64,000 bases of DNA from Patescibacteria group bacterium (GCA_041666485.1 JBAYGW010000003.1:16415-80414), one strand, 5' to 3'. Positions 10,441 through 18,753 are shown, numbered from the stretch's first letter. Made by a program: numbers and translations. The notes: generated by a model not told the origin, from the letters alone.

Positions 10441-10575
10441 TGTAGGTGGGAGGACCGCCGTACCAAAAAGCAAGCAGTAATGCTACCCGCTGGGTGACAT
10501 TGACTGACGGGATTCGTCTCGTCCGTGGGCAGATGTTGCCCTCTGGGATGCTAAAGTGCGCGTCCTCCCACCCCA
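10441..10575 (+). promoter_or_regulatory. structured G+C-rich leader RNA domain, class unknown
   Basis: An 11-bp perfect long-range helix (GGTGGGAGGAC 10445-10455 with GTCCTCCCACC 10562-10572) extends by 3 bp. It encloses an AGCA-GTAA-TGCT GNRA hairpin, a GACG-GATT-CGTC hairpin and a GGGCA-n5-TGCCC hairpin. Confidence 0.4.
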
Positions 10576-10760
10576 CTTTCTTCTACAAATTGCTTTGTGC
10601 GGACGCTTAAGTCCGTTTGTGATAGTCACCCCACAACCCGATCCTACAGGGAGGTACGCCAAATGTACTCGTGGAGTTACGCACGCCACGGGTTCGGTTG
10701 ACCTGCGATCTTCTCCGTCTGAGTAGTCAATGCCCACGACTCAAAATGAGGAGATCTCGC

Positions 10761-11126
10761 ATGTGCGACAAGACCCAATGGAACGCGGGGCACGTCCTCG
10801 TCGTCCAGACCGTGTTCCCGACCGACAGCGAATCCCCCGGCGGTTTCTCGCGCAGCGTCATGTTGTGCACCTGTGGGAGCTGCCTGAGCTCCAACAACCC
10901 GATGACGCCCGCAGGGCCCCTGCACAGCTACCTGAAACGGTGCTTTGAGCAGGACGCTGCTGATGCGGTGGCGGGGGGCCTTGAGCCGCCCGTCAACCTC
11001 CTGAGCATGCCGAAGCTTGACCCGCGCACCGGCGCCGAGAAGCCGACCAAGAAGCAGGCAGCCATGCTGATCAAGCAGATCGGTCCGGACGCCTTCGCTT
11101 CCGACATCGTCGCGGCCTACGCCTAG
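10761..11126 (+). CDS. hypothetical protein (121 aa) in a G+C-rich cassette
   Basis: ATG is preceded by GAGGAG at 7-nt spacing, codons are GC3-rich, and a strong terminator follows. No family recognised. Confidence 0.5.
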   Translation: MCDKTQWNAGHVLVVQTVFPTDSESPGGFSRSVMLCTCGSCLSSNNPMTPAGPLHSYLKRCFEQDAADAVAGGLEPPVNLLSMPKLDPRTGAEKPTKKQAAMLIKQIGPDAFASDIVAAYA

Positions 11127-11159
11127 CGTAGGAGAAGAAGTACATCGTTGAAGGACATC

Positions 11160-11190
11160 GGGCGAATCCACTGGATTCGCCCATTTTTTT
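11160..11190 (+). terminator. intrinsic terminator
   Basis: GGGCGAATCCA-C-TGGATTCGCCC perfect hairpin followed by ATTTTTTT. Confidence 0.85.
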
Positions 11191-11276
11191 ATTATGAATA
11201 TTGACAGAAGAAGTGGAATACAATACCATTGTTAACGCCCGCTGATTGTAAGACATCCTTCATGGAGGAGGTGGAC

Positions 11277-11573
11277 ATGTCCCAAAGTCGGCTGGTGATG
11301 TTCTTAATGCTCTTTCTCGGACTGACTCTCTCTCCCCTGTTTCTTGTCGTTGCGGCGGTTATGTTCCTTGCTCCCTCGGAGCCGAAGCTCATCCCCCGGG
11401 ATGATGAAGGGAGACGTTGCTGTCCCGTCTGCCACTCCAGACACTATCTCATCTTCCCGACTCGGCAGAAGAGCTACTTCGGCCATTCCTGGATTTCAGC
11501 ATTTTGCAGAAACCAAATGGAATACCGCTACCAGGACTGCACAATGAGCTGGAAAGAATCCGGGGACGGCTAA
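11277..11573 (+). CDS. hypothetical small Cys-rich membrane-anchored protein (98 aa) in a G+C-rich cassette
   Basis: GGAGGAGG SD 5 nt before the ATG, an N-terminal TM helix (LVMFLMLFLGLTLSPLFLVVAAVMFL), and a CCPVC plus further Cys residues. Confidence 0.5.
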   Translation: MSQSRLVMFLMLFLGLTLSPLFLVVAAVMFLAPSEPKLIPRDDEGRRCCPVCHSRHYLIFPTRQKSYFGHSWISAFCRNQMEYRYQDCTMSWKESGDG

Positions 11574-11576
11574 ACC

Positions 11577-11604
11577 GCGTTGATGTTCTATCAGCGCTTT
11601 TTTT
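11577..11604 (+). terminator. intrinsic terminator
   Basis: GCGTTGAT...ATCAGCGC hairpin (one G-T pair) followed by TTTTTTT. Confidence 0.6.
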
Positions 11605-11623
11605 ATATATTTATTTGACGTTA

Positions 11624-11959
11624 CTATCTGAAGATTTTAGACAGAAACCAGTTTACAATAGCCAGTACAATACCAAACAGCAATGCCCACCAAAAGCTTG
11701 CTATGGAAAATCCCGGAACAATTAACGCCATCAGCATAACCAATAATGCGTTAATCACCAGCGTAAACAAGCCAAGCGTCAGAATATTGATCGGCAGAGT
11801 AAAAATTACTAAAACAGGTTTGATAAATATATTAATCAGACCCAATACCAACGCCCCGACAAAAGCGACAAAAAAACCATCAACCGCTACGCCCGGTAGC
11901 AGATAGGCTGTGATCAGGATTGCGACCGTTGAAATTAGCCATTTAATAAGGATTTTCAT
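11624..11959 (-). CDS. phage holin family 4 / YvlD-like membrane protein
   Basis: 111-aa, 4-TM ORF; ITAYLLPGV and PINILTLGLFTLVINAL resemble the Phage_holin_4_2 family. Confidence 0.75.
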   Translation of the reverse strand: MKILIKWLISTVAILITAYLLPGVAVDGFFVAFVGALVLGLINIFIKPVLVIFTLPINILTLGLFTLVINALLVMLMALIVPGFSIASFWWALLFGIVLAIVNWFLSKIFR

Positions 11960-12156
11960 ATTGTTTTATTTAATGATTATGAAATCTTAGCTCTCTCTCC
12001 ATCAACCCAAAATAGTTGTTCATTATTAACAAAAGTAGGTATAATTAATGTACAAATATATTTTAGCACAATTCGCATAAAATACTCTATATTGCTGAAA
12101 TACGACATATATTCGTGTTGAAACGGGTTAAGTGAAATTCTAAATCTATTTTACAT

Positions 12157-13206
12157 ATGACAAACCATTACGAACAACAATTACAATTTGCTGCCCGTCG
12201 TGAGCAAGAGTCACTATTTACTGACGAGAATTGGATGGTACGCGTCAACAACGAGCTCCATAGTACGTACTTACCACTAGATAAGGATAAAGAAACACTA
12301 AGACCAGAATATCATGCTAAATTACTGGAAGATGCAGAGGCGTATTACCTGAACATTGGTGACGATTTCAATACATTTCGTCTACGATTGAAAAGAGGAA
12401 ATTTACGGGAAGCTGAACAACTAGCGCAAGTATTTTTATCTAAAACAGAAGAACCTAATTTTTTCGCCCATTACACTTCACACCCAGAGGCAATGGACGA
12501 TGCAAACATTCTTGAATTAAAAAAAACATACGTTTTGAGTGATTTAGCGAGATATAAGAAAGATGAAGAGTTACAAAAACAAGCTGCTGCAAGATTCATT
12601 ACTTACGCGGAAAATCAATCGCAACGTGATGAACTATCTGGCTACGAGGCATCAGCTCTCGGATTCTGGCAGGCACGAAGTCTTGTTACAGAAAACAAGC
12701 GAGCTGATATTTCAAATAATTGCATTGCCCAGTTTCGGAAAGCTGCTGAAGATAGAGCTAAAGTCGGGGATCGCTGGTGGGAAAGCATTGCACTGCGCCA
12801 AATAGGCAAAATCTCACCAGATCCAGCGGATAAGCAGGCAGCCTTACAAAGGTCAGAGGAACTGATTACGGAATATACGCAAATGGGCGATTACAAAAAA
12901 GCAGCCCTCTGGGCTCGCGATGTAAATGATCTCAATCCTTCAACAGAAAATGCTCAAAGAATGGAAGATTTGTGGAATGAAAACATAAGGAGAATGCAGG
13001 AAAGTGGTAATACGCGAGACATAGCTAAATCGCTCTGGTCTTTGTTCAAAAGGGTAAGAAAATACGATAGTGAAAAAGCTGAAGATTGCAGATTAAAGAC
13101 AATAGAGTGGTATGAGAAACTCTTATCCGAGGAAAAGGCTAAAAAGCAACCGAGAGAAGACAGAATACGCGAGTGCTATTGGGTATTCAGTGAGCTCATT
13201 CAATAA
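12157..13206 (+). CDS. hypothetical alpha-helical protein (349 aa)
   Basis: Long uninterrupted ORF with charged, helical-repeat-like composition. No family recognised. Confidence 0.55.
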   Translation: MTNHYEQQLQFAARREQESLFTDENWMVRVNNELHSTYLPLDKDKETLRPEYHAKLLEDAEAYYLNIGDDFNTFRLRLKRGNLREAEQLAQVFLSKTEEPNFFAHYTSHPEAMDDANILELKKTYVLSDLARYKKDEELQKQAAARFITYAENQSQRDELSGYEASALGFWQARSLVTENKRADISNNCIAQFRKAAEDRAKVGDRWWESIALRQIGKISPDPADKQAALQRSEELITEYTQMGDYKKAALWARDVNDLNPSTENAQRMEDLWNENIRRMQESGNTRDIAKSLWSLFKRVRKYDSEKAEDCRLKTIEWYEKLLSEEKAKKQPREDRIRECYWVFSELIQ

Positions 13207-13290
13207 ATTCAGAACTTCACACAACACCGCGTATGCGGAGAGTTTAAATCATATAGAAACAATCGGAAAATAATAAATATAGTATAATTT

Positions 13291-13779
13291 ATGACTAAAA
13301 AAATAGTTGGAATAATGGGTCCCGGTAGTAAAGCCACCATGAAGGACCTAAAAAACGCCTACAATATCGGAAAATTTTGTGCTGAAAATAACTGGGTTAC
13401 TTTAACAGGTGGCAGAAACAAAGGAGTAATGAATGAAGCATTAAAAGGCGCGAAAAAGGGTAACGGCTTAACTATCGGAATATTGCCAACTGATGAAAAA
13501 AATAAATTTTCTAAATTCCTAGATATTGCAATCTGCACAAATATGAGATCTGGAAGAAATTATATAAATGTTTTGTCTAGTGATATAGTAGTAGCCTGTG
13601 GTATAGACCCTGGCACATCTTCAGAGATCAGTTTGGCAATAAAACCAAAAAAGAATGTAATTTTAGTAGGACTTAATAAAGAGGCAAAAGACTTTTATAA
13701 AAAACTAGCCCCTAAACAAGTTTATTGTGTAAAAAATTATATAGAAGCAAATAAAATATTAGCTGAAAAACTTGGGTGA
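13291..13779 (+). CDS. TIGR00725/LOG-like (SLOG superfamily) protein
   Basis: GIMGPG, TGGRNKGVMNEALKGA and GIDPGTSSEI resemble the LOG GGxxG...PGGxGTxxE pattern. Confidence 0.65.
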   Translation: MTKKIVGIMGPGSKATMKDLKNAYNIGKFCAENNWVTLTGGRNKGVMNEALKGAKKGNGLTIGILPTDEKNKFSKFLDIAICTNMRSGRNYINVLSSDIVVACGIDPGTSSEISLAIKPKKNVILVGLNKEAKDFYKKLAPKQVYCVKNYIEANKILAEKLG

Positions 13780-13785
13780 TTTTTT

Positions 13786-13992
13786 GTGTCATACATCACC
13801 CCCGACCTTGACGAAGCTGGCAAAAAACAACTTGCGGATGTTGTATTAGCTATGAGAAAAGATTTGTTAGGCAGAAAAACTAAATTAAAACATGATGATA
13901 TAAAATATTTCATGTTACTTACGACAAATAGTAATATATTTTACTTCGTACAACACGCATTAGGAGAAATGCATAAACCAATTGAAAATTAA
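13786..13992 (+). CDS. hypothetical small protein (GTG start)
   Basis: 68-aa ORF filling the gap between the LOG-like and NDT-like genes. No motif recognised. Confidence 0.3.
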   Translation: MSYITPDLDEAGKKQLADVVLAMRKDLLGRKTKLKHDDIKYFMLLTTNSNIFYFVQHALGEMHKPIEN

Positions 13993-14001
13993 ATAAATAG
14001 A

Positions 14002-14418
14002 ATGAAAATTGTAATTTGCGGAAGTATGTCGTCAGCAGTTAAGATGTTAAACGCTGAGAAAGAATTACTTCAAAAAGGCCATAAAGTTGTATTACCAAAA
14101 CATACAAAAGAATATGCAGAAATAGAATCGGAGGCGGACACATCACATGAATCAATCAAGGACAAAATTGAACAAGATCTAATACGAGACTATTTTGAAG
14201 AGATAAAAAACGCTGATGCAGTTTTGATTATTAATGTTGATAAATACGGTATTCAAAATTATATCGGTGGAAATGCTTTTCTGGAAATGGGTTTTGCATA
14301 TGTTCTCAGTAAACCAATTTATATACTCAATCAAATTCCGGAAATATTTTATAAAGATGAGATTTTGGCAATGCAGCCGATTACACTTAACGGAAATTTA
14401 TCTAAAATACATTTATAG
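14002..14418 (+). CDS. nucleoside 2-deoxyribosyltransferase-like protein
   Basis: MKIVICGSM N-terminus and a GGNAFLEMGFAY acidic motif, typical of the NDT/DUF4406-like Rossmannoid fold. Confidence 0.55.
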   Translation: MKIVICGSMSSAVKMLNAEKELLQKGHKVVLPKHTKEYAEIESEADTSHESIKDKIEQDLIRDYFEEIKNADAVLIINVDKYGIQNYIGGNAFLEMGFAYVLSKPIYILNQIPEIFYKDEILAMQPITLNGNLSKIHL

Positions 14419-14465
14419 TTAGCAAATTTTTACCATTTTCTTCTATTGTTATATAATAAGAAAAC

Positions 14466-14650
14466 AATAAAAATCAAGCATCGCACCAGCCTTGGCGAGG
14501 CGGGCAACACCGGATATCACCACTACGGTCTAGAACCCTTGGGGGCCTTTTTCAAGGAATTTCAGAGAGTTTTTCAAGAGGTCACCCCGTCATACGACGG
14601 GGCAGGAAATGAGACAAAAGAGACAGTGCAGAGGGGTGTCTTATTCTTGA
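14466..14650 (+). ncRNA. candidate small RNA or remnant in a G+C-enriched non-coding patch
   Basis: TGTTATATAAT extended -10-like box at about 14449-14459. The frame has no ATG. Hairpins include CCCCGTC-ATAC-GACGGGG and CCTTG...CAAGG. Confidence 0.25.
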
Positions 14651-14855
14651 CTCATTTAAATAACAGTAGCGTAATATTTACACGTTTAATTATCTCAAAA
14701 GGCACGAATTGATATTCGTGCCCATATGCTATCTATAAGAATTAGACAATTATAACAACTTAATTTGTAAAACAGATACAAGAGACACAATGTCTATTAT
14801 AATTTTTCAACTAAATCATTAACTTCTTCGACATTAATTATGATTAGCTAAAAGA

Positions 14856-15392
14856 TTATTGCGCAGCAGGATAATTGACACGACCCAGATCGCGCGTTAA
14901 TGCCCACCATAAAGACGTCTTTGTAACCGATGGTAGCGATCCGGAAGTATCTTCAGGTATTGATAATACATCGTCCATTAATTGTCCTTGAATATACTGA
15001 CCCGGCACAAAAAGAGAGACTGCGGTCGCTGCGCTGGGATTCGGGTGATTCAACACTGTTAACTGTCCGTTAGTACGCATAACGTCTCTAATCATTAAAA
15101 CTCTTCCAATATATCCATCTGACTCGGTAAATGGATTACTATTTGGCGCGACTGCTGTATATGCATAAAAGCGAAATGAATTTGCAAAAGTCGGGCTAAG
15201 ATAAAAATAAATGCCCAAGAGTACAAATGTAAAACCAACCAAAGTAAAAAAGGAACCGACAATTAAGGAAATCCTTTTCCAAAGACTCCCTTTTGATTTG
15301 ATAATAAATATAATCAAAACAACCACTGCAATTAATATCAGCGGCATAATGACCGCCAAGCTTATGTAGTTTAAACCAAGGTTTGCTTGCAT
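14856..15392 (-). CDS. hypothetical membrane protein
   Basis: 178-aa ORF with two N-terminal TM helices and an extracytoplasmic C-terminal domain. Confidence 0.55.
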   Translation of the reverse strand: MQANLGLNYISLAVIMPLILIAVVVLIIFIIKSKGSLWKRISLIVGSFFTLVGFTFVLLGIYFYLSPTFANSFRFYAYTAVAPNSNPFTESDGYIGRVLMIRDVMRTNGQLTVLNHPNPSAATAVSLFVPGQYIQGQLMDDVLSIPEDTSGSLPSVTKTSLWWALTRDLGRVNYPAAQ

Positions 15393-15452
15393 ATGTTTTA
15401 TAATAAAGATTTATATGTATATATTATATCATTTTATATAAAAGTATAATAG

Positions 15453-15491
15453 TATAAAAATGGCTCTGACAACGAATTCGTCGCCAGAGCC
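15453..15491 (-). terminator. intrinsic terminator of the G+C-rich secreted-protein cassette
   Basis: GGCTCTG...CAGAGCC hairpin (inner ACGAATTCGT palindrome) followed by ATTTTTAT on the minus strand. Confidence 0.6.
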
Positions 15492-15514
15492 TTGAATGAA
15501 ACAGGAGCGCTATA

Positions 15515-15895
15515 CTACGGACAGCTGCCGATCCACGGGGTCGGACTGCCCGTGTAGTCGAATGCCAGGCAACCGAGATGCGTCGTACCACCACCGAGGG
15601 TCTTCGACGGCCAGGTGTTGGACTGAATGTTGATGTCATTCACCCATGCCTTGCCGATGTAACCGGAACCAGACGGAAGTCCCGAGACAGAGATCAGTCG
15701 TTGCCCGAGCGGGAGCGTGACCATCGTGTTCTGCCAACGGACTGTGCTCCCCTGGATGATCTGCACCGTGTACGTGAATGATGATGGACCTCTCACCGTC
15801 ACCTGAGCAGTGCCGGCATGGGCGACGCTAACAGATCCGATGGACACCATCACGACGAGGACAAACAGCAGGATGACACTCTTGAAGATCTTCAT
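15515..15895 (-). CDS. hypothetical small secreted protein (126 aa) in a G+C-rich cassette
   Basis: AGGTGG SD and a signal peptide ending VAHA-GT. The mature part is beta-rich with two C-terminal Cys and GC3-rich codons. Confidence 0.6.
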   Translation of the reverse strand: MKIFKSVILLFVLVVMVSIGSVSVAHAGTAQVTVRGPSSFTYTVQIIQGSTVRWQNTMVTLPLGQRLISVSGLPSGSGYIGKAWVNDINIQSNTWPSKTLGGGTTHLGCLAFDYTGSPTPWIGSCP

Positions 15896-16459
15896 GATCT
15901 TCCACCTTTCATGCGAGTTTGCCTATGCTGTAATGACCAATGAAGCTACGATGAACTCTTACCTCCTTTCTCAAATAGGAAACGAACGATGAATCATTCC
16001 TGGTGTAACCAAGAACGTTATTAAAAGTATGTATGAGTATCAAAATTATTGCAAGAATAAACTTGCGTTATGAAATCTCGGAATCCAAACTACTTTCTCT
16101 TTTTAGAGTGATGATTGAGTGTCCACCAACATCGAAATCAAGATTTTGATGTATTAATGCGTACAGTTTTTTTATAATATGACCATCTTAGACAAACCCA
16201 GACAATATGATTACCGATAATATCAGACAAAATAAATGCCCTTGGAATGAAGCAGAAATGTAAACACTCACAAATGTGCTGTAAAAAATATTTCAATTTG
16301 TGATTATTTCTGTGGGATTGAATATCTAGATAATGTTTTGTGTTGTTATCCCGATAAAAATACTTTGCTAGATAATAAACAAAACAAATAATTTTATTCC
16401 TTAACGCTCGCTCTGGACGCCGGAATATCCTATTCTGTTAGCTGATTGCCGGATAAATT

Positions 16460-17461
16460 TCAGGCTATCGGGTTATTCTCCATCTTTTCACTTTCATCTT
16501 CAATCTCCCCCACCAACTCTTCCAATAGATCTTCCAGCGTGGCAATACCGACGGCTTTTTGTTGCTTGTCCACAACTACTGCAATGTGAACATGAGTTTT
16601 CTGAAAAATTTTGAACAGGTAATTTATTTTAAAATCCTCATCTACAATAATCGGTTTTTTTGCAACCTGTTCAATACGAGCGTTGCCTTTATTTTTTACA
16701 AGTTCTCTAGCAATATCTTTCACTAGTGCAATCCCCACGATGTCATGCTTGTCAGATTTATATACCGGAACACGCGAATAGCCACTGGTAATAATTTCAC
16801 TCATCGCTTCTGAAATTGTTTTTTCACCTTGGAGCATAAAAACGTTTTTAAAAGGGACCATAATCTCTTTTGCTAAAGTATCGCTGAATATCAAAGCCTG
16901 GTTCATAATATATTGCTCGTGCGGTTGAATTACATTTCTTTCCACGCCAAACTGGATCATTTCCTTGATTTCTGTTTCCGTAATTAATTCTTGATCAGGG
17001 ATTTTTACAATTCTGTGCATTAAATTTGTAATCCATTCCAAAAACCAGACAAACGGATAAATAATTAAACCGAAATAGTAAACCGGCCTGGAAATAAATA
17101 AAGCTATGGCACCGGCATTACGGTTGGCAAATGTCTTTGGCATAATTTCACCAAAGATTAAGATCAACAAAGTCAGAATGCCCGTTGCTAATCCGATCAC
17201 ACCTGATCCAAAATGTTCTGAGACAATAATTGCCGTCATGGAGGCCGCGGAGATGTTTGCGATGTTATTGCCGATTAAAACTATAATAATCATCCGGCGA
17301 GGTCTTTCCTTTAGTTTGCGTAAAATACGCGAGCCGCGCTTATTTTCTTTAAGATACGTACGCACCTTTAAATCTGTTACCGAAAGCAAAGCAACCTCGG
17401 CAGCGGAAAAATATCCGGAGATCAGCAACAGAACAAATAAGATTAAAATGTTGGTCCACAT
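16460..17461 (-). CDS. CNNM/HlyC-CorC family transporter (DUF21 + CBS pair)
   Basis: Four N-terminal TM helices with the GEIMPK motif, followed by CBS-domain sequence. Confidence 0.9.
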   Translation of the reverse strand: MWTNILILFVLLLISGYFSAAEVALLSVTDLKVRTYLKENKRGSRILRKLKERPRRMIIIVLIGNNIANISAASMTAIIVSEHFGSGVIGLATGILTLLILIFGEIMPKTFANRNAGAIALFISRPVYYFGLIIYPFVWFLEWITNLMHRIVKIPDQELITETEIKEMIQFGVERNVIQPHEQYIMNQALIFSDTLAKEIMVPFKNVFMLQGEKTISEAMSEIITSGYSRVPVYKSDKHDIVGIALVKDIARELVKNKGNARIEQVAKKPIIVDEDFKINYLFKIFQKTHVHIAVVVDKQQKAVGIATLEDLLEELVGEIEDESEKMENNPIA

Positions 17462-17462
17462 A

Positions 17463-18041
17463 CTACTTTACTATATTTATGTTGAATTTTTTTAGTGCCC
17501 TGACTAAAGCATAGATGGGCAAACCGACAATGCTAAAGAAATCACCTTCCAACTTGCGGATCAGCACTGCACCATACCCCTGAACGGCAAATGCTCCCGC
17601 TTTATCTAAAGGTTCACGTGTTCCAATATACCAGTTTATTTCCTCTGATGATAGCTTTTTGATGGAGACTTTTGCGGTGCTATAATCAGAATATTTCCTT
17701 TTTGTTCTTGCGTCAACTATAGCAAATCCGGTGATTACATTCACACTCTTCCCGCTGATCATTTTTAACATTCTTCGGGTATCTTCCTTGTCTTTCGGCT
17801 TGCCTAATAGCTTATTACCCAAAACAACAAAAGTATCAGCGCCAATTACTATCCCCTCTGCATGTTTCTTTGCCACAGACTGGGCTTTGTTAAGCGCCAA
17901 AAACTTCGCCAGCCTCACAGGCGACAGATTTATTTTCATATCCTCCGGATATTCGCTGGCTTCCACAGAAAATTTTACTTTCAACATTTTCAGCAATTCT
18001 ATTCTCCTGGGGGAGGTTGATGCCAAAATTATTTTTTGCAT
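17463..18041 (-). CDS. maf: Maf-like nucleoside triphosphate pyrophosphatase
   Basis: ILASTSPRRIELL N-terminus and a GAFAVQG motif. Confidence 0.9.
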   Translation of the reverse strand: MQKIILASTSPRRIELLKMLKVKFSVEASEYPEDMKINLSPVRLAKFLALNKAQSVAKKHAEGIVIGADTFVVLGNKLLGKPKDKEDTRRMLKMISGKSVNVITGFAIVDARTKRKYSDYSTAKVSIKKLSSEEINWYIGTREPLDKAGAFAVQGYGAVLIRKLEGDFFSIVGLPIYALVRALKKFNINIVK

Positions 18042-18054
18042 TTCAGAATTATAA

Positions 18055-18753
18055 TCATCTTATCATCAATTTTTTTACTAAATATAACGGCAATGTCGCG
18101 ATCAGCGCAAGCATTTCCATTAATGCTCCCAGTGACACAACGGGCCCCATATATTTGTTCTGTAGCATATTCAGTGTATTTTTGCCTACATCATAGTATA
18201 TCATCAAACCACCTAAAATTATTAAAAACAAAATTCCCCAAATTGCATTTTTGATATCAACACTGCTCGGTGCAATAGAGGCGGAAATCCCCGTCGCAAG
18301 ATATAAAAACAGCCAGAACTTCCAGTCAGAAGCAAACTCGCGAAAAAAATCAAGAGCGCTTTGAAAAAGACCATTAATATTTTGTAGAAATGTGACGGAA
18401 AAATCAACACTCGGCAAAGTATTGTGATAACCGAAAAGCACAAAAAGTCCCCAGAGCGACAGTGAGCACCCGATGAGCGGAGCCAATCCGATCAGTGGTT
18501 TGCCGATTATCGGTATTCTTGGCTGACCGTGTTCCACCTCTCCCCCCTCCGGCGCAAAAAAACGGATCCTCATTATCTTTGCCCGCATCAGTACACACGC
18601 TATTGCGTGGCTAAGCTCATGGATAATGATTCCCGGCGTGATAAACCACCGATAACCATGGCGGGGGAAAATTCTGCTCCACAAAAAATCTAACAAAAAA
18701 CTGAAAATAATCAGCAGGACAAACCACGTCAGAAATGCCAGATAGTTTGCCAT
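18055..18753 (-). CDS. membrane HExxH metalloprotease-like protein (M50/DUF3267-like)
   Basis: Polytopic membrane ORF with IIHELSHAIA in a TM segment. Confidence 0.5.
   Translation of the reverse strand: MANYLAFLTWFVLLIIFSFLLDFLWSRIFPRHGYRWFITPGIIIHELSHAIACVLMRAKIMRIRFFAPEGGEVEHGQPRIPIIGKPLIGLAPLIGCSLSLWGLFVLFGYHNTLPSVDFSVTFLQNINGLFQSALDFFREFASDWKFWLFLYLATGISASIAPSSVDIKNAIWGILFLIILGGLMIYYDVGKNTLNMLQNKYMGPVVSLGALMEMLALIATLPLYLVKKLMIR

Noticed and set aside
10441-10575. Possible M-box, T-box or cobalamin riboswitch identity for the structured leader (AGGTGGGAGG at the 5' side, GCTAAAG at the 3' side)
   Set aside because: The resemblance is limited to short strings and the pairing scheme differs from the M-box. 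There is no T-box (AGGGTGGTACCGCG-type) or B12-box sequence. The downstream gene is not a Mg2+, amino-acid or cobalamin gene. I left it unclassified rather than name a class.
10483-11486. Multiple overlapping ORFs on both strands (84, 164, 72, 61, 66, 60, 67 and 102 aa) in the G+C-rich island
   Set aside because: They are stop-codon-poor antisense or off-frame ORFs expected in high-GC DNA. Only the frames with an SD, a sensible start and a terminator (10761-11126 and 11277-11573) were kept.
14446-14712. 88-aa plus-strand ORF from the track
   Set aside because: It has a TTG start inside a promoter-like A+T box, no in-frame ATG, no SD and no recognisable protein features. It is treated as non-coding.
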